From: Vicugna vicugna | Taxonomy: Eukaryota | Length of the DNA stretch: 64,000 nt | Assembly: GCA_013265495.1 (NCBI GenBank) | Contig: MU063048.1 | Span: forward strand, 4,779,302 to 4,843,301 | Reading direction: 5' to 3' | Part shown: positions 25,901 through 36,850 of the stretch, piece after piece | Layout of the letters: each line of letters opens with the position of its first letter | How positions within the stretch are numbered: the first letter of the stretch is position 1 | Position numbers and translations under genes: made by a program | The notes under the pieces: model-generated | What the model was told of the DNA's origin: nothing | The model's input: only the letters and a program-made list of their open reading frames with translations | Database searches by the model: none

Positions 25901-28142
25901 TGTTGCCCTAAGCCTGGGGGTGCCCCGCTGCGGGGAGGGGCTTTGTTTGCTGCGGGCTTGTTCTGCCCCCGCCCACGGGGTCGAACCTGGCGTGTAACAG
26001 TCAGAGGCGCTCGGGAAAAATTTCACTAGTTATTCCAAACCCAAGTGTGCTCCCTATTTGATTAAAACAGGAAACTGACAAATAGAGCAAGAAAGGAGAC
26101 TCCTTCCCCACTGTCGTGTGTGAGAAACGCGGCTCTCGTCGTTCACAGAGGTGCCCTGAGGCCTGGCGCCCTCCGTCCGGAGAAGCCCACCCTGCGAGGG
26201 GCCCAGAGCCTCCTGCTCAGCAGACGTGGGCCTGACGTCTCCCGGGGACTTCCCGCCGGGCCAGCGGCGAGCTGCTCGGTGGCAGTCTGGACCGACGCTG
26301 TGTGGGTGGGGACGCTTCCTGGGCCAGGTATCGTGACACGTTGTGATCTCACACTCGGAGAGCAGAGGAGACAGCATCGCCCGTGCTTAGAAGCCGCTCG
26401 CTCCCGCATGTGAACAACATGGAAAGTTGTGGGGGCTTATCTGTGAGGAACCTTCTTGAAAACAACACACGGTGCTGCATCAGAAGCAGGTAGCATCAGC
26501 CCGCGTGCCTCGCCCATCTGCCTCCCTGAGTGTCCACGCCTCCGGCAGCCGTGGCGCCCTCAGTCCTGGGCGCAGTGAGGTTTATTACTTGGAGCAGCTG
26601 TTTGCTTAAGGATGTGGCTGGAAAAATACAGCACATTGGAGAACAAATGTATTTAGCTTCAGCAGTATTCTCTCCTACTTTCTTTATTTGAGTTGTGTTT
26701 TTCAAATGGATCCTGACAATTATTTCGAAAAGACTGCCTTATTTTCCTAAGTCCTGTGAGAGGGAGGGATGTGCTTCAGCAGAGAGCGCCTCTTTCGCAC
26801 AAACACCCAGGCGTTTGCATTTTTAGCGGACGGCTCAGGTGTCGGTCACAGATCCGACAACGCTGCGTGTGCCGCGCTTCCCTCCTGTGTTTGTTCACTC
26901 GTGAACCCACTTTTCAGCTAAGAGAGTAAAGTCCTAGGGGCTTAGTAGTGAGCAGGGCATACGTGGCCTTTGCCTTATTGACTTTGTTTTTCATAAACAC
27001 TATGGAGACAAGCAGACAGGGGACCCTGTGCTTGCGGAGTTGGCAGCGGAGCAGGGAGATGGGTGTGAGCCAGGTGTCACCAGCGCCGTGAGGATGTGAG
27101 GGGAATGAGTGCAGCCCCGGGACACGGGGAAGGGTGCAGCCAGCAAGCTGCCCCCTTGGCCAATGGCCTGCCGTCCTCTGAGAGCTGCTGCTGTGTTTAA
27201 GAAGTGCTGTCAGTGTTCGGGGAGGAGGAGCCTTTGGTCAGAGCCACGGGAGCTCGCCTGGGGTGACCGGCGGGTCGGAGCCCAGCACCAGCTTCTGCCG
27301 GCCAGGCACACCTGCTGTTCTCGCTGGCTCAGGCCGAGGCTCAGATGCCACCTGGGAGCCAGGGCGCCTCCACCACTGTGTGCGCCATCCACCGTGCTTT
27401 CCAGAACCGTTGCAGAGTGTGGCCAGAGCACTGCACTGCTCTTGCGGCTTCCAGTGAGTCCTATGGGGGTGTGGGAGGGTGTGCACACATGCGCGGCACT
27501 CCCTCTGGGCCATACACACACGCTCGCCTGTCCGGAGGTCGCTGGTGGCCCTCCGGAGAGCGGCACCCGCTGTGGGCAACAGGCACAGCCAGTGCGCTGT
27601 CCAGACTCGTGCACCGTGTTTCAGGGACGAGCCGGTGTGTTTTCCCGGTGGTCGTGCCTCTTGCTTGTCTGTTTACGTCGTTGCTCAGGAGGTGGCCCCA
27701 AGGCCCACGGACCCCCGGAGACTGCCGCTGGGTGCGCGGCCTCGGTGGGGTCACATCTGCCTTGCTCATGTGTGGCCCTTGGCATCCGTCTCCGCCATGC
27801 TGAGTAGCCGGTCACGTGGACGGCAGGTCCTCCCCAGCGCCGCTGCCACTCAGCCGTGACTTTGCGGAGCCGAGTCCCCTCCTGTGGTGATGAGGAGTTC
27901 TCAGCTGTGCAGTCCATTCTGGGATCGAGGACTCGTCCACTCGAACTTGCTTTACAGAATCAGGAGAGATGCATCTTTCTCAAAAGTTCTTCCCAGAAAT
28001 AACTTTTAAGATCAAAGTAGTCATTTCTACGTAATAATTTGACTTCCCCGTTTGGAAGTGAGATGCTCTTGTAGGCATTTAGCATGTGTTTTATACACTT
28101 CGGAAGATACCCTTCCCCTGGTTTTTGTTCGGGGGAGGGTGG

Positions 28143-28172
28143 GCGTGTGTGTGTGTGTGTGCGCGTGTGCGT
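28143..28172. repeat. (GT)8 microsatellite within a 30-bp RY-alternating tract
   Basis: gcgtgtgtgtgtgtgtgtgcgcgtgtgcgt read directly. Confidence 0.9.
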
Positions 28173-28429
28173 TCCTGGATGTGAAGAAACGGAAGACAGT
28201 TTTAAATGTCAGTGTTGAAGCAGACCCCTGAGCAGGTGCGAAGGACAGAAGCAGCAGCAGAAGTGGGAAAGCAGTGACGGGGACTCCTAAGCAGGTTGCC
28301 CTCTCTGCCACGTGCACGAGACTGGCCCTTGGCCCCTGGGGTCTCGGGGGGAGGCAGCCGTGTGCTGTGGCTTTGTTCCTCCCGGGGGCTCCAGTGCAGC
28401 CTGCTCACCGCCTCCCCGTCTGCTTCCAG

Positions 28430-28485
28430 GTGTCAGGAACTACCTGAAGGAGGCCGTGGTCAGCATCATCGCCGTGCACGCAGAG
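28430..28485 (+). CDS. EXOC2: EXOC2 coding exon (exon 24 equivalent); (G)VRNYLKEAVVSIIAVHAE
   Basis: Matches EXOC2 VRNYLKEALVNIIAVHAE. Acceptor ttccag|G, donor GAG|GTAGGT. 56 nt, phase 1-0, fits the previous exon. Confidence 0.97.
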
Positions 28486-30309
28486 GTAGGTCGCGAGAGC
28501 GTCCCCCAGGCCTCGGGCACTGGGAGGAAGGGGGCAGATCTGGTGGCTCCTCTGGTCCTTCCCTCCAGACTGTATCTCAGGTATGAACAACCCCTTCCAT
28601 GCCCAAAGGTGTGTGTTTTTACTGTGAGAGTTCTCCTCTGAAGTTGAGTATTTTTTCTCGTAATTAAGCCAGACTCGGTAATATTTGAAAAATAAAGAGA
28701 AGAGAGGTTGAAAGGGTGCGTGTCCCCCACTTGGAAACTCTCCACCCTCCTGAGGCACAGCGTGCCAGTCTCACAGCCACGTGGCCTCTCAGAGACGCAG
28801 GCTCCCCGGACCGTGGTTCCCCCCCCACCTGCCCTCACGGGGAGCACGGCACCCCGGGCTCCATGAGTGGCCTTTGAGGAGAGAAGAGACCACAGCCGCC
28901 ACGTTTGTCCACTCTGACCGCCCTTGTCACCCGCAGTCCTGGCCTCGGGTTGGCTGCGGGCTGTGGATGGAAGGGCGCCGGGTAAGGCGGGCCCAGCAAG
29001 GGGTCTCGGCAGAGGGTCTGCTGCAGTGAGCGCGGGCGCAGGGACCTCAGAAGGGCATCAGGGTCACACCTCCCTCCGCATCACCCTCATCGTCCCAGGT
29101 GTCCAGTGTCCTGGAGGCGCATGGGCCGTGGAGGCCGAGCGGGAGGGTGAGCACTGGAGGTGGGCGCTGCCTCCTGCCGGAGCCTGGCTCTGAACTGGAC
29201 ACGTGTGTTCCATTTCTTAGTGTGGAAAGCATCTAAATTCCTGCATAAAGTAGTTTTTGTAGATTTAACTCAGGCAGAAGTTTATCAACATACATCTTTT
29301 TATAACGTGATATAGTTTCCACTGCGGTTTTGTCAGAGACATCTAAAAACGCTTTCTTGTTAGGTTAGCATCCAATAAAGTTAGGGTATAGCGTTCAGTC
29401 CTCAGCCACTGAAAACGCTTGTGTAGAGCGGACGGGTGTAGTCAGAGGGATGCGGGCCTGTGGGCGTGTCCATGGCGCGAGGCTCCTAAAGAGGCAGCTT
29501 TGGCTAACGGAGCCCGCTGTCAGTACCTGGGACGTTGTTTGTAAGTACTGGATTTTTCAAGCCCCCTTTTCATTTATCCCTGTGACTGAAAGTAGAATCT
29601 CATTCTTAACGTTTACTGCTCACTAACTGCCATATGATCTTAGCTTGTCTGAAGTTTTCTTGAACACTCAGGTGATGTTCGTGTCGACCTGAAGGTTCAG
29701 TGCAGGTGACTCAATCAAGAAGAAAAAGCTGAAAAGAAAACACGGTTGAGTTTAGCTTATAGATCAGGGTAGCAAAATGTTCCACCTGATGTCCAAATAC
29801 AGTCACTCTTAGTTTGAAAACATCAAAATTCAAAGCTTAAAGATGGTGCTTTTATGTCAGATGAAAAGAAATACGTATTCAGTTCAGCAGACAGTAGAGC
29901 CGGGAGCTCTGTTGTCCAACCCAGAGCGGCACACCCAGGGCGAAGTGTTTGTTTTCATCTAAGGAGACTCCAATCCAGGGCGCTTCTGGGTCTGTAATTT
30001 CCTCTCTAGAAATCATGTTTCTTCTTGTGAAAAGGTCAAGAGAAGAGGAAATTTTAAAGCAGTTCTAGTTTGTCGCCATCGGTGGCACCTCTCAGTTTGC
30101 CAGTGCAGTTTGAGAGAGGAGTTTGTCACGGGTCAGTGACCACAGCTGGAGTGTGAGCCTGTGTTTCCTTCCACACCGGAGTCTGATCCTGCAGGAACAC
30201 GGCTTAGAAGAGCTGAGTTATGTTGCCTTGTGATTCCTTTGTTTTTAACAAACTCCGTCGAGGGAAGTTCCAGTAACGTGTTGTCCCTTCCTCTTTGAAC
30301 CCCCGCCAG

Positions 30310-30432
30310 GTGTTCGCGGTCTCCAAGGAGCTGGTGCCCCGGGTGCTGTGCAGGGTGGTGGAGGCCGTCTCCGAGGAGCTGAGCCGGCTCGTGCAGTGTG
30401 CCTCGTCCTTCAGCCGGAACGGAGCCCTACAG
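30310..30432 (+). CDS. EXOC2: EXOC2 coding exon (exon 25 equivalent); [41 protein letters not shown]
   Basis: Clear EXOC2 homology. Acceptor cgccag|G, donor CAG|GTGCCC (weak). 123 nt, phase 0-0. Not listed in the ORF track. Confidence 0.96.
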
Positions 30433-30839
30433 GTGCCCCCGCCTCAGCTCCGGCTTGAGCTCGTTGTGTGAAACACCGATTCGGGCTTCCTTCCCCAGTC
30501 GTGGGACGCGTTCGGGCTTTGTGTTTTCGGGTGGGTCTGCTGGGTGCAGATGAGCCGCGTCTCCTGCGCGAGCGTCCCCGTGGTATCCCCGCCCCAGGGC
30601 TTCGGTCCCGTTAGAGCAGAGCGAGAACTTTGTGATGCTCGTCAGCTATCTGACTGCGGATTCCTTCCAGAGCTCTGTGATTTTCTGTTTGTTCTGCAGT
30701 TGTCTTCGCTGCGCTCAGTTTAACAGGACATTTTTAGCCCCTAACTTGTAAGTGGTCTTTCCAGAGCATTCGGTGTCGTTCGCAGAGGAACAACCAGTAC
30801 CTGTCTCTTTCTGCTCATATTCCGTTGGTTTACGTTGCA

Positions 30840-32060
30840 TTTGTTTAAATTGTGTAATTACAACAACAAATATAACTTACGTAAACCAGATGATTCTTGG
30901 TTTGTGTGTGACAGATTGGCGGGAGCCACGGTGTGTGCTGGGGTGGGGTGTGTCCCTGAGGTGGAAAGACTGCACAGCTCAGAGACCGTCCTCCTGCCCC
31001 GCTCAGAGTCCTGCAGTCCATCACCTCAGCATCGCCCCGTGGAGAAACCCTGGACCCGCCGGCGGTCTCACTGTCCACTTCCCTCCCAGCCCCCCAGCCA
31101 CAGCCGGACACCTGTCTGTGCTTTGCCTGTTCTAAACATGTCGTAAAAGTGGAATCACATACAGGGGCTTTTGTGGCTGGCATCTGTCACTGCGCGTGTT
31201 TGCGGCGTCCAGCCACGTTGTAGCAGCTGTTGCTCCTTTCTGGGGCTGTGTGACATTCCGTTGGGTAGACGTACCACGCAGCCTTTGATGGACATTTAGG
31301 TTTGCACTTTTTGGCTCAAGTGAAGATTGCTTCTGTGGACTCTTGTTCCGGGTGTTCGTTTCTCGGGTGTGTACCTGGGACGGGGCTGGCGTGGTTACGC
31401 GGTTGCTCCGTGTTCAGCCTTTGGATGAACCTCCAGACCGTTTCACAGCAGCCGCTCCACTTTCCTGCAGCAGGTTCTGCAGACCCGTTGCTCCGCGTCC
31501 TCGCAGCACGGGTGGCCAGCCCAGTGCGCGTGCAGCGGTAGCTCGCCCTGTGCAGTCATCTTGCTTTTGTGAGGGCGTCCTTTGCAGCACAGGAGGTTCA
31601 GGTTACCTGCTTTTTCTTTTGCTGTTTGTCCCTCTGTTGTCACTTCCAAGGAGGCAGGCCGAGCCTAACGTCACAGACGTGTCCTCCTGCTTCCTTCTGA
31701 GTGTGTTGTAGTTTTCTCACCTGCATCTGGGTCTGCGATCCATTTGGAGCTGGTTTTCGTCTTCAGGGAGGGACCGACTGCAGTCACTTCCCGGTGCCCA
31801 GCACCCTGGGTCAAAGGGATGTGCGCCCCACCGAGCGGCCGGGCCCTTGTAGAACGTCGGCCGGTGATAGCCGTGGGCTTGGTTTCTGCACAGTCAGCCC
31901 TGCTCTGCCAGCCTGTGTGTCTCCCGTGGGCCGGGGCCCGCGGTTCTGATGACTGCAGCTCCGTAGTGGGTGTTGGCATCAGCGGGCATGAGTCTCTCTG
32001 AGTGTGCTATTCCTCTTCCATGTTGTTTTGTCTCTTTGGAGTTAACTTACCAAGTTTTGT
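30840..32060 (-). mobile_element. L1MB/MC 3' region, antisense
   Basis: aaaagtggaatcacatacaggggcttttgtggctggc...gatggacatttaggtttgcactttttggct are hallmark L1M 3' antisense motifs. Confidence 0.8.
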
Positions 32061-32452
32061 TTTTAAAAAGAAAAGATAAAAGGGGAAAGCCAGCTGTGGT
32101 CTAACAGGCATCACAGTGCGTCCGCAGAGCCCGGGACCTGGGGTTGTCGTCGGGGTGCCTGGGGGGGCTTGGGTGTGAGGAACCCCTTCCCCGAGTCACG
32201 ACCTTAGACTCCGCTTCCTCTGCGAGCCGCCGCGGTGTTTGCAGGTGCCTTTGCGGCGGGCTGCTGGGCAGCCGTGCTCAGCCTGGGCCTTCAGCGCAGG
32301 ACCCCTGGCCCCTGCCTCACATGGTCCCGTGTGCCTGGAGGGCCGTTTCCAGTGAAAGGAAAGTTGTCCTGGCTGAGTGCTCTGGGCTGTTTAGGGGGTC
32401 TTCTCATAATCAGCGATCGCTGTGGCAGAGGGGTGTCTTTGTGGCTGCGGTG

Positions 32453-32519
32453 CCCCGCCAGCCCCACCCCGCCAGCCCCGTCCCCGCCAGCCCCAACCCG
32501 CCAGCCCCGTCCCCGCAAG
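32453..32519. repeat. C-rich minisatellite, ~4.5 copies of a 14-15 bp unit (ccccgccagcccc+a/gt/aa)
   Basis: Read directly; nine C-runs of 3-4 nt. Confidence 0.9.
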
Positions 32520-32596
32520 TGACAGTTCCCGCTCCTTCCCTTCTGTTTGATGATCTGCACGGCTCCCGTGGTCACCTGCCCTTCTCTCACCTGCAG

Positions 32597-32658
32597 GCGA
32601 GGCTTGAAATCTGCGCTCTGAGGGACACTGTGGCTGCTCACCTGACACCTGAAAGCCG
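32597..32658 (+). CDS. EXOC2: EXOC2 coding exon (exon 26 equivalent); [20 protein letters not shown](R)
   Basis: Matches EXOC2 [20 protein letters not shown]. Acceptor ctgcag|G, donor CCG|GTGAGG. 62 nt, phase 0-2. Confidence 0.97.
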
Positions 32659-33439
32659 GTGAGGGGCTGACTGCTCTTGCTCTAAACGCTCCTTGGAGGT
32701 AACGCTGTTGGTGGAGATGGCTGAGCAGGGCGAACACATGACCTTGTGATGCGGCAGGGCTTACATGTGACCAAGGATTTTGTTAAAAAGCGTGGCCTGC
32801 AGCAAGCCGCAGACTCCTGAGCTGCTGCTCTGCAGCTCAGTGTGAAGGCAAAACGGGTTTCATGTAATTGTTGCTCATTCACCAGGTAAGTCGTAGTCGC
32901 ATGAATGGTGTAGCAGAGGGTCACATCCTCGTGCTAAAACGGAGAAAATAAGAACTGAGTCAGTCTTCACAGCAGCCTCGGAGGGCAGTCCAGGCACTGT
33001 AAGTGTCAGCGCGAGAGGAAGCCCTGTGGTTTCTGTGCAAAGTCTTGTAGTGGAAATTTGATGATAATTTTTAGCTGTTTTGAATGAAAGTCAGGATTTC
33101 CTATCACTGAAACATCAGTAGGTGAACTGAAACAGCTAACTGCTTGCCCATAGAAAATTGTTTACTCCGTTGGCAGCATTACCTGGGAAGCAGGGCTGTG
33201 TTGCTAACGTGCCAGGTCGCGCACAAGCCGAGCGTCTGGGACACTGGGTGCGATGTTCGCGCTCATTCGCGTCCAGCTTCCGGTACCGACGGTGCTGATC
33301 CCGACTGTCGGCGCCACAGCGAAGAGACTTCTGCCCCTTTTCCCACCACGTGAGGGCGGGCCGGGAGCCCCCTCTGCCTTCCCAACCACGCTGTTCTGCC
33401 CCGAGTCCCGAGTAGCGGAGGCTGGGGGCCCCACCCGCG

Positions 33440-33600
33440 GTCCGTGGGCACCTCGCTCTGTGGTTCGTTCCCACCAACCGGGCCTCTCGTAGCCCGACTT
33501 CCTCATCTGTGGAAGGAGGATAATAACACTTTGTAGACAAAGTTTGGGCAAATTAAAGGAGACAGTGTGTCGAGACCTCACCACTTCACCACTGTTGGGT
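33440..33600 (+). mobile_element. MIR SINE fragment
   Basis: acttcctcatctgtggaaggaggataataac...aaattaaaggagacagtg matches the MIR core (tttcctcatctgtaaaatggggataata...gattaaatgaga). Confidence 0.7.
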
Positions 33601-34423
33601 GTAAAAAATAAAGATAACGGCCTGCTCTTCTTTCTTGCTGACTGAGGAGAGGTTTCCGAGAAACAGAATGATGTCAGGTGGAGGCAGAGGCGCGTCTCCA
33701 CGTCAGGAGCGGGGAGAGTCCATCCCCCCCGGGAGGGGAGCTGAGCAGTTCAAGTTGCTACCAAATAATGTCCCTAAAATGCTTTTCGTTTGGTTCCGTA
33801 ACTTTTCTGGTACTTTGTACTTTACAAAGTTGAATGTACCAAATTGGCAGTTTTTTAAATTCACTTCTTTTTCTATTTCTCATGAAATGAAATGATGTTG
33901 GACTTTCAAAGTACGTATATACCTGCATCTCTCCGTGATCCCACAGACTTTAGACATGGAGACAGCTAAGCAGAGGCGTGTCCGGTTACTCTGCGGCGCT
34001 GGCTGTACGTAGCTCAGGCCCCGCAACGTGTCTGCACTGGAGAAGCCCCGCTGGGCTCAGATTGCGCAGGATCAGCCCTGTCTCCGCTTAGTTCCCTCCC
34101 TGCTTGCCAGGTGCTTTTCTACACAGTGCCGGTTTCTGTGAAGTAAAGACCCCTTTAAAATTTAGCACGTCCACGCTAAACTCATCCTCCATGAGCAGTA
34201 CCTTGTGTAAAAATCGGTTTCTCGCTCGCTTTTCAAGTTGAGTGTTACCTCCTGGTTGAGTTTCTGGCCTGCTCCTGCAGACCCGCACTTTCACTTTCAC
34301 TCTCCCTCCTGCTTCTGCTGCCGCGGGCCCGTGTGCTTCTCTGCGCTCGGACAGGCTTCCCGCTGACGCTCCCGCCCCCGGGCTGGGCTCTCAGGCTCAA
34401 GGCGCTGTGTCTCTGTGTTGCAG

Positions 34424-34483
34424 GTCCAGTTTCAAGCAGGCTCTGGAAGCCCTGCCGCAGCTCTCGAGTGGAGCAGATGCAAA
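34424..34483 (+). CDS. EXOC2: EXOC2 coding exon (exon 27 equivalent); (R)SSFKQALEALPQLSSGADA(K)
   Basis: Matches EXOC2 SSFKQALEALPQLSSGAD. Acceptor ttgcag|G, donor AAA|GTAAGT. 60 nt, phase 2-2. Confidence 0.97.
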
Positions 34484-35572
34484 GTAAGTTCCGGGCTGTC
34501 CTCGAGAGCTCAGACGGCCACACAAGGTCTGTTTCCTAAACGTGCTGTTGCAGCCGTGGCTCTGTCTGGGAGCAGCGGTGCTGGGCACCATCAAGTCTGC
34601 ACTGTGGCTAAATGTGGCCAGACCTTCTGGGTTTGTGACAGTCTAGAAGTCAGTTCTTTGCTTGCTTTAAGCGACCGGCACAGAAAATTTGGGAAGGAAG
34701 TTTATCTTGACTCACTCACTAAACCGTCATTATCCTAGATTTCAAGAAGAAGGCGCTTAGAGAAGTACCAGAGAGGACGGGGAGTGCGGGGCCCGGGGCC
34801 CGGGGCCAGCAGTGTGCACCCCGCCCGCCCGGGGAGAGGGCAGAGGGTGTCCGTGCGGCGCGTCTCAGCCCCACCTGAAGCTCTGCTGCTTGCGCAGCAG
34901 GAAGCTCTGAGCTGAGACAGAACGAGGCCAGGCACATGTCGCAGAGTCCCAGCCACCTTCCCTTGAGGCGGTGTTCACGTGACGGAGGCAGGACGGGGCT
35001 GTGCTGGACTGCAGGGGGTGCACTGTGGAACCAGGAGGTCGTCTCTTGACCCCAGACCAGTACCTCTGGCCCGAAAACCACACAGAAATGTCGGCCCAGC
35101 TAAGGAAACAAGTTGAGCTGTCACCAGAGTGAGAACAGACCCTTCAGCTCAGCCCCGCCCAATATTTAAGGGCAGGAATGCAGAGTAAGGGGACCGGAGA
35201 ACAGGCCAGAAGCTGTGGGGCGGGGGTGGTGGTGAAGGTGGCCCAGGGCCACACTGGCGGGATCGGGGGCTTGGAGCACGGTGTGGGCTGTGTGCTCAGA
35301 AGCAGCATGGAGGGTGGGTTTCAGGGTCTGTGGACTGAAGGTTCAGGTGCAAACACCTGGGCAGCTGCCCGTTCTGGGGAGGGATCTAGCTCATCTGGGG
35401 AAGGGGCGGGAGGGCAACTGCGTGTATGAACATAAACGTGTGTAAAAGCGTGTGCTCCCTCTGACTTGTTGCTGTCATTGAGCCCAGAATCCACTTGTAA
35501 ATGGCCTTTCCGCGGGAGAGGCCCCCCAGGCGGCCGGGTGTGGTTCTGAGCGGGTCTTGTCCCCCCCTGCAG

Positions 35573-35666
35573 GCTGCTGGAGGAGCTGCTGGGCCGGGTC
35601 CGGAGCGGCATGCACCTGCAGCTGGCCTGCTTCCAGGCCGCCCCACCGCCCAGCGCGAGGACCTAG
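35573..35666 (+). CDS. EXOC2: EXOC2 terminal coding exon (exon 28 equivalent); (K)LLEELLGRVRSGMHLQLACFQAAPPPSART*
   Basis: LLEELL...MHLQL.CFQAA matches the EXOC2 C-terminus. Acceptor ccccccctgcag|G, phase 2, stop TAG at 35664-35666. Confidence 0.95.
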
Positions 35667-36850
35667 TGCCCTGCCGGAGGCTCCCTGGGCCCAGAGGTAG
35701 TTCTGGAAAGCTTGGCTGGGGGTGCGGTCTCTCCCTCTTTCTTTCCCTGGAATTGGTAGCCTAGACGTCGGTGTATGTTTTATTTCAACCAAGACGCCCG
35801 AGCAGTATTTGTCTTGGCATTTGTTACTACTTTAGGTCTGTGTGACTTTAAAATACCTTTCTAAAAGAGAGAGAGATTTTTCCTTTGCCGAGTGCTGGTG
35901 GGAGTGGCTGCGGGAGGTGCTTCCGGGACGCCCGGGACCACCCTGAAGCATTTTCCGGGTTCTCACTGCGGCCCCAGGAGATTGAGGAGAGATCTGGAGA
36001 GTGATGTTTGAACGTCATGGGAGCTTCTGCTGTCCTGAACTGTGCGGCTGCCCTTAAAGCTTTATTTCACACAGTTGGCTCGTATTACTGTCCTAAATCA
36101 AGTAGACTTTTAGAAAAATGTGTGGCCTGCATGAAAGGTGCTGTATTTGGGGGGATTACTTGTGCCCCAGCGTCGGAGTTGATTTTGCTGCCTGGTTTTT
36201 ATGTCGGCAGCGCTCGTGACGTCAGGCTGCTTCGGTGACTCACCCCGAACGCGACGTGGGCTTCTCGTCGGAGGTGTCCCTGCAGAGCCCGCCCTGCCCG
36301 CGCCCTCCCTCCGGCCCCTGGCAGCCCCTTCCCCTCAGCACTTCCCGCCCCAGCAGGCAGCAGCCGCACGGGATCTGCTCTGGCCGCGGTGGAGGAGCCG
36401 CTGCGACTCGCTTTACCAGAGCGGGCCAGGCCGCCGTGACCGGTCTCAGAGGCAGCTCTGCTACCTGACCTCGTCACGCCGTTTGCTTCAGACGGCTGAG
36501 TCAGGGTCTGTGTTTCTGCAGGGTGTCCCAGAGCCCCTTCCCACACTGACGCTCACGTCTGTGTCGGGATGGAGCCCTGGGGCCAGGGTGGCCATGTGCT
36601 TGTCCGTCCGGTGCCTCAGTCACCGTTGTGCTCGTTCATTTGGTGTCTGGTGGGGAAGTCCTAGCAACTGGAAGGGAAAGTTTAATCTTCTGCAAACATC
36701 TGGATAAAGCTTACTAAGAAACGCACAGTGTTGTCTTTCCTAAGTGTGTTAACCCCTGTATCCACCGTGCTCACCATTTTCATTAGCGAAGTAGCCTTCT
36801 GTGCATGTAGTTCTCACACTCAGAATAAATGCTTCCATCCCGGTTCACTT
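35667..36850 (+). other. EXOC2: EXOC2 3'UTR (end inferred from the poly(A) signal)
   Basis: Follows the stop codon, has U-rich blocks (35770-35860), and the first AATAAA I found is at 36824. Confidence 0.7.
36824..36829 (+). terminator. Probable EXOC2 polyadenylation signal AATAAA
   Basis: Canonical hexamer ~1.16 kb after the stop, followed by U/GU-rich sequence (ttcacttttcgtctgtctgatcattttt). Confidence 0.7.

Noticed and set aside
35803-35809. miR-200bc/429 seed match CAGTATT in the 3'UTR
   Set aside because: A single 7-mer is likely by chance and I cannot test conservation.
1-36000. HUS1B retrogene nested in EXOC2
   Set aside because: In human it lies in a much more 5' intron; no HUS1-like ORF is seen here.
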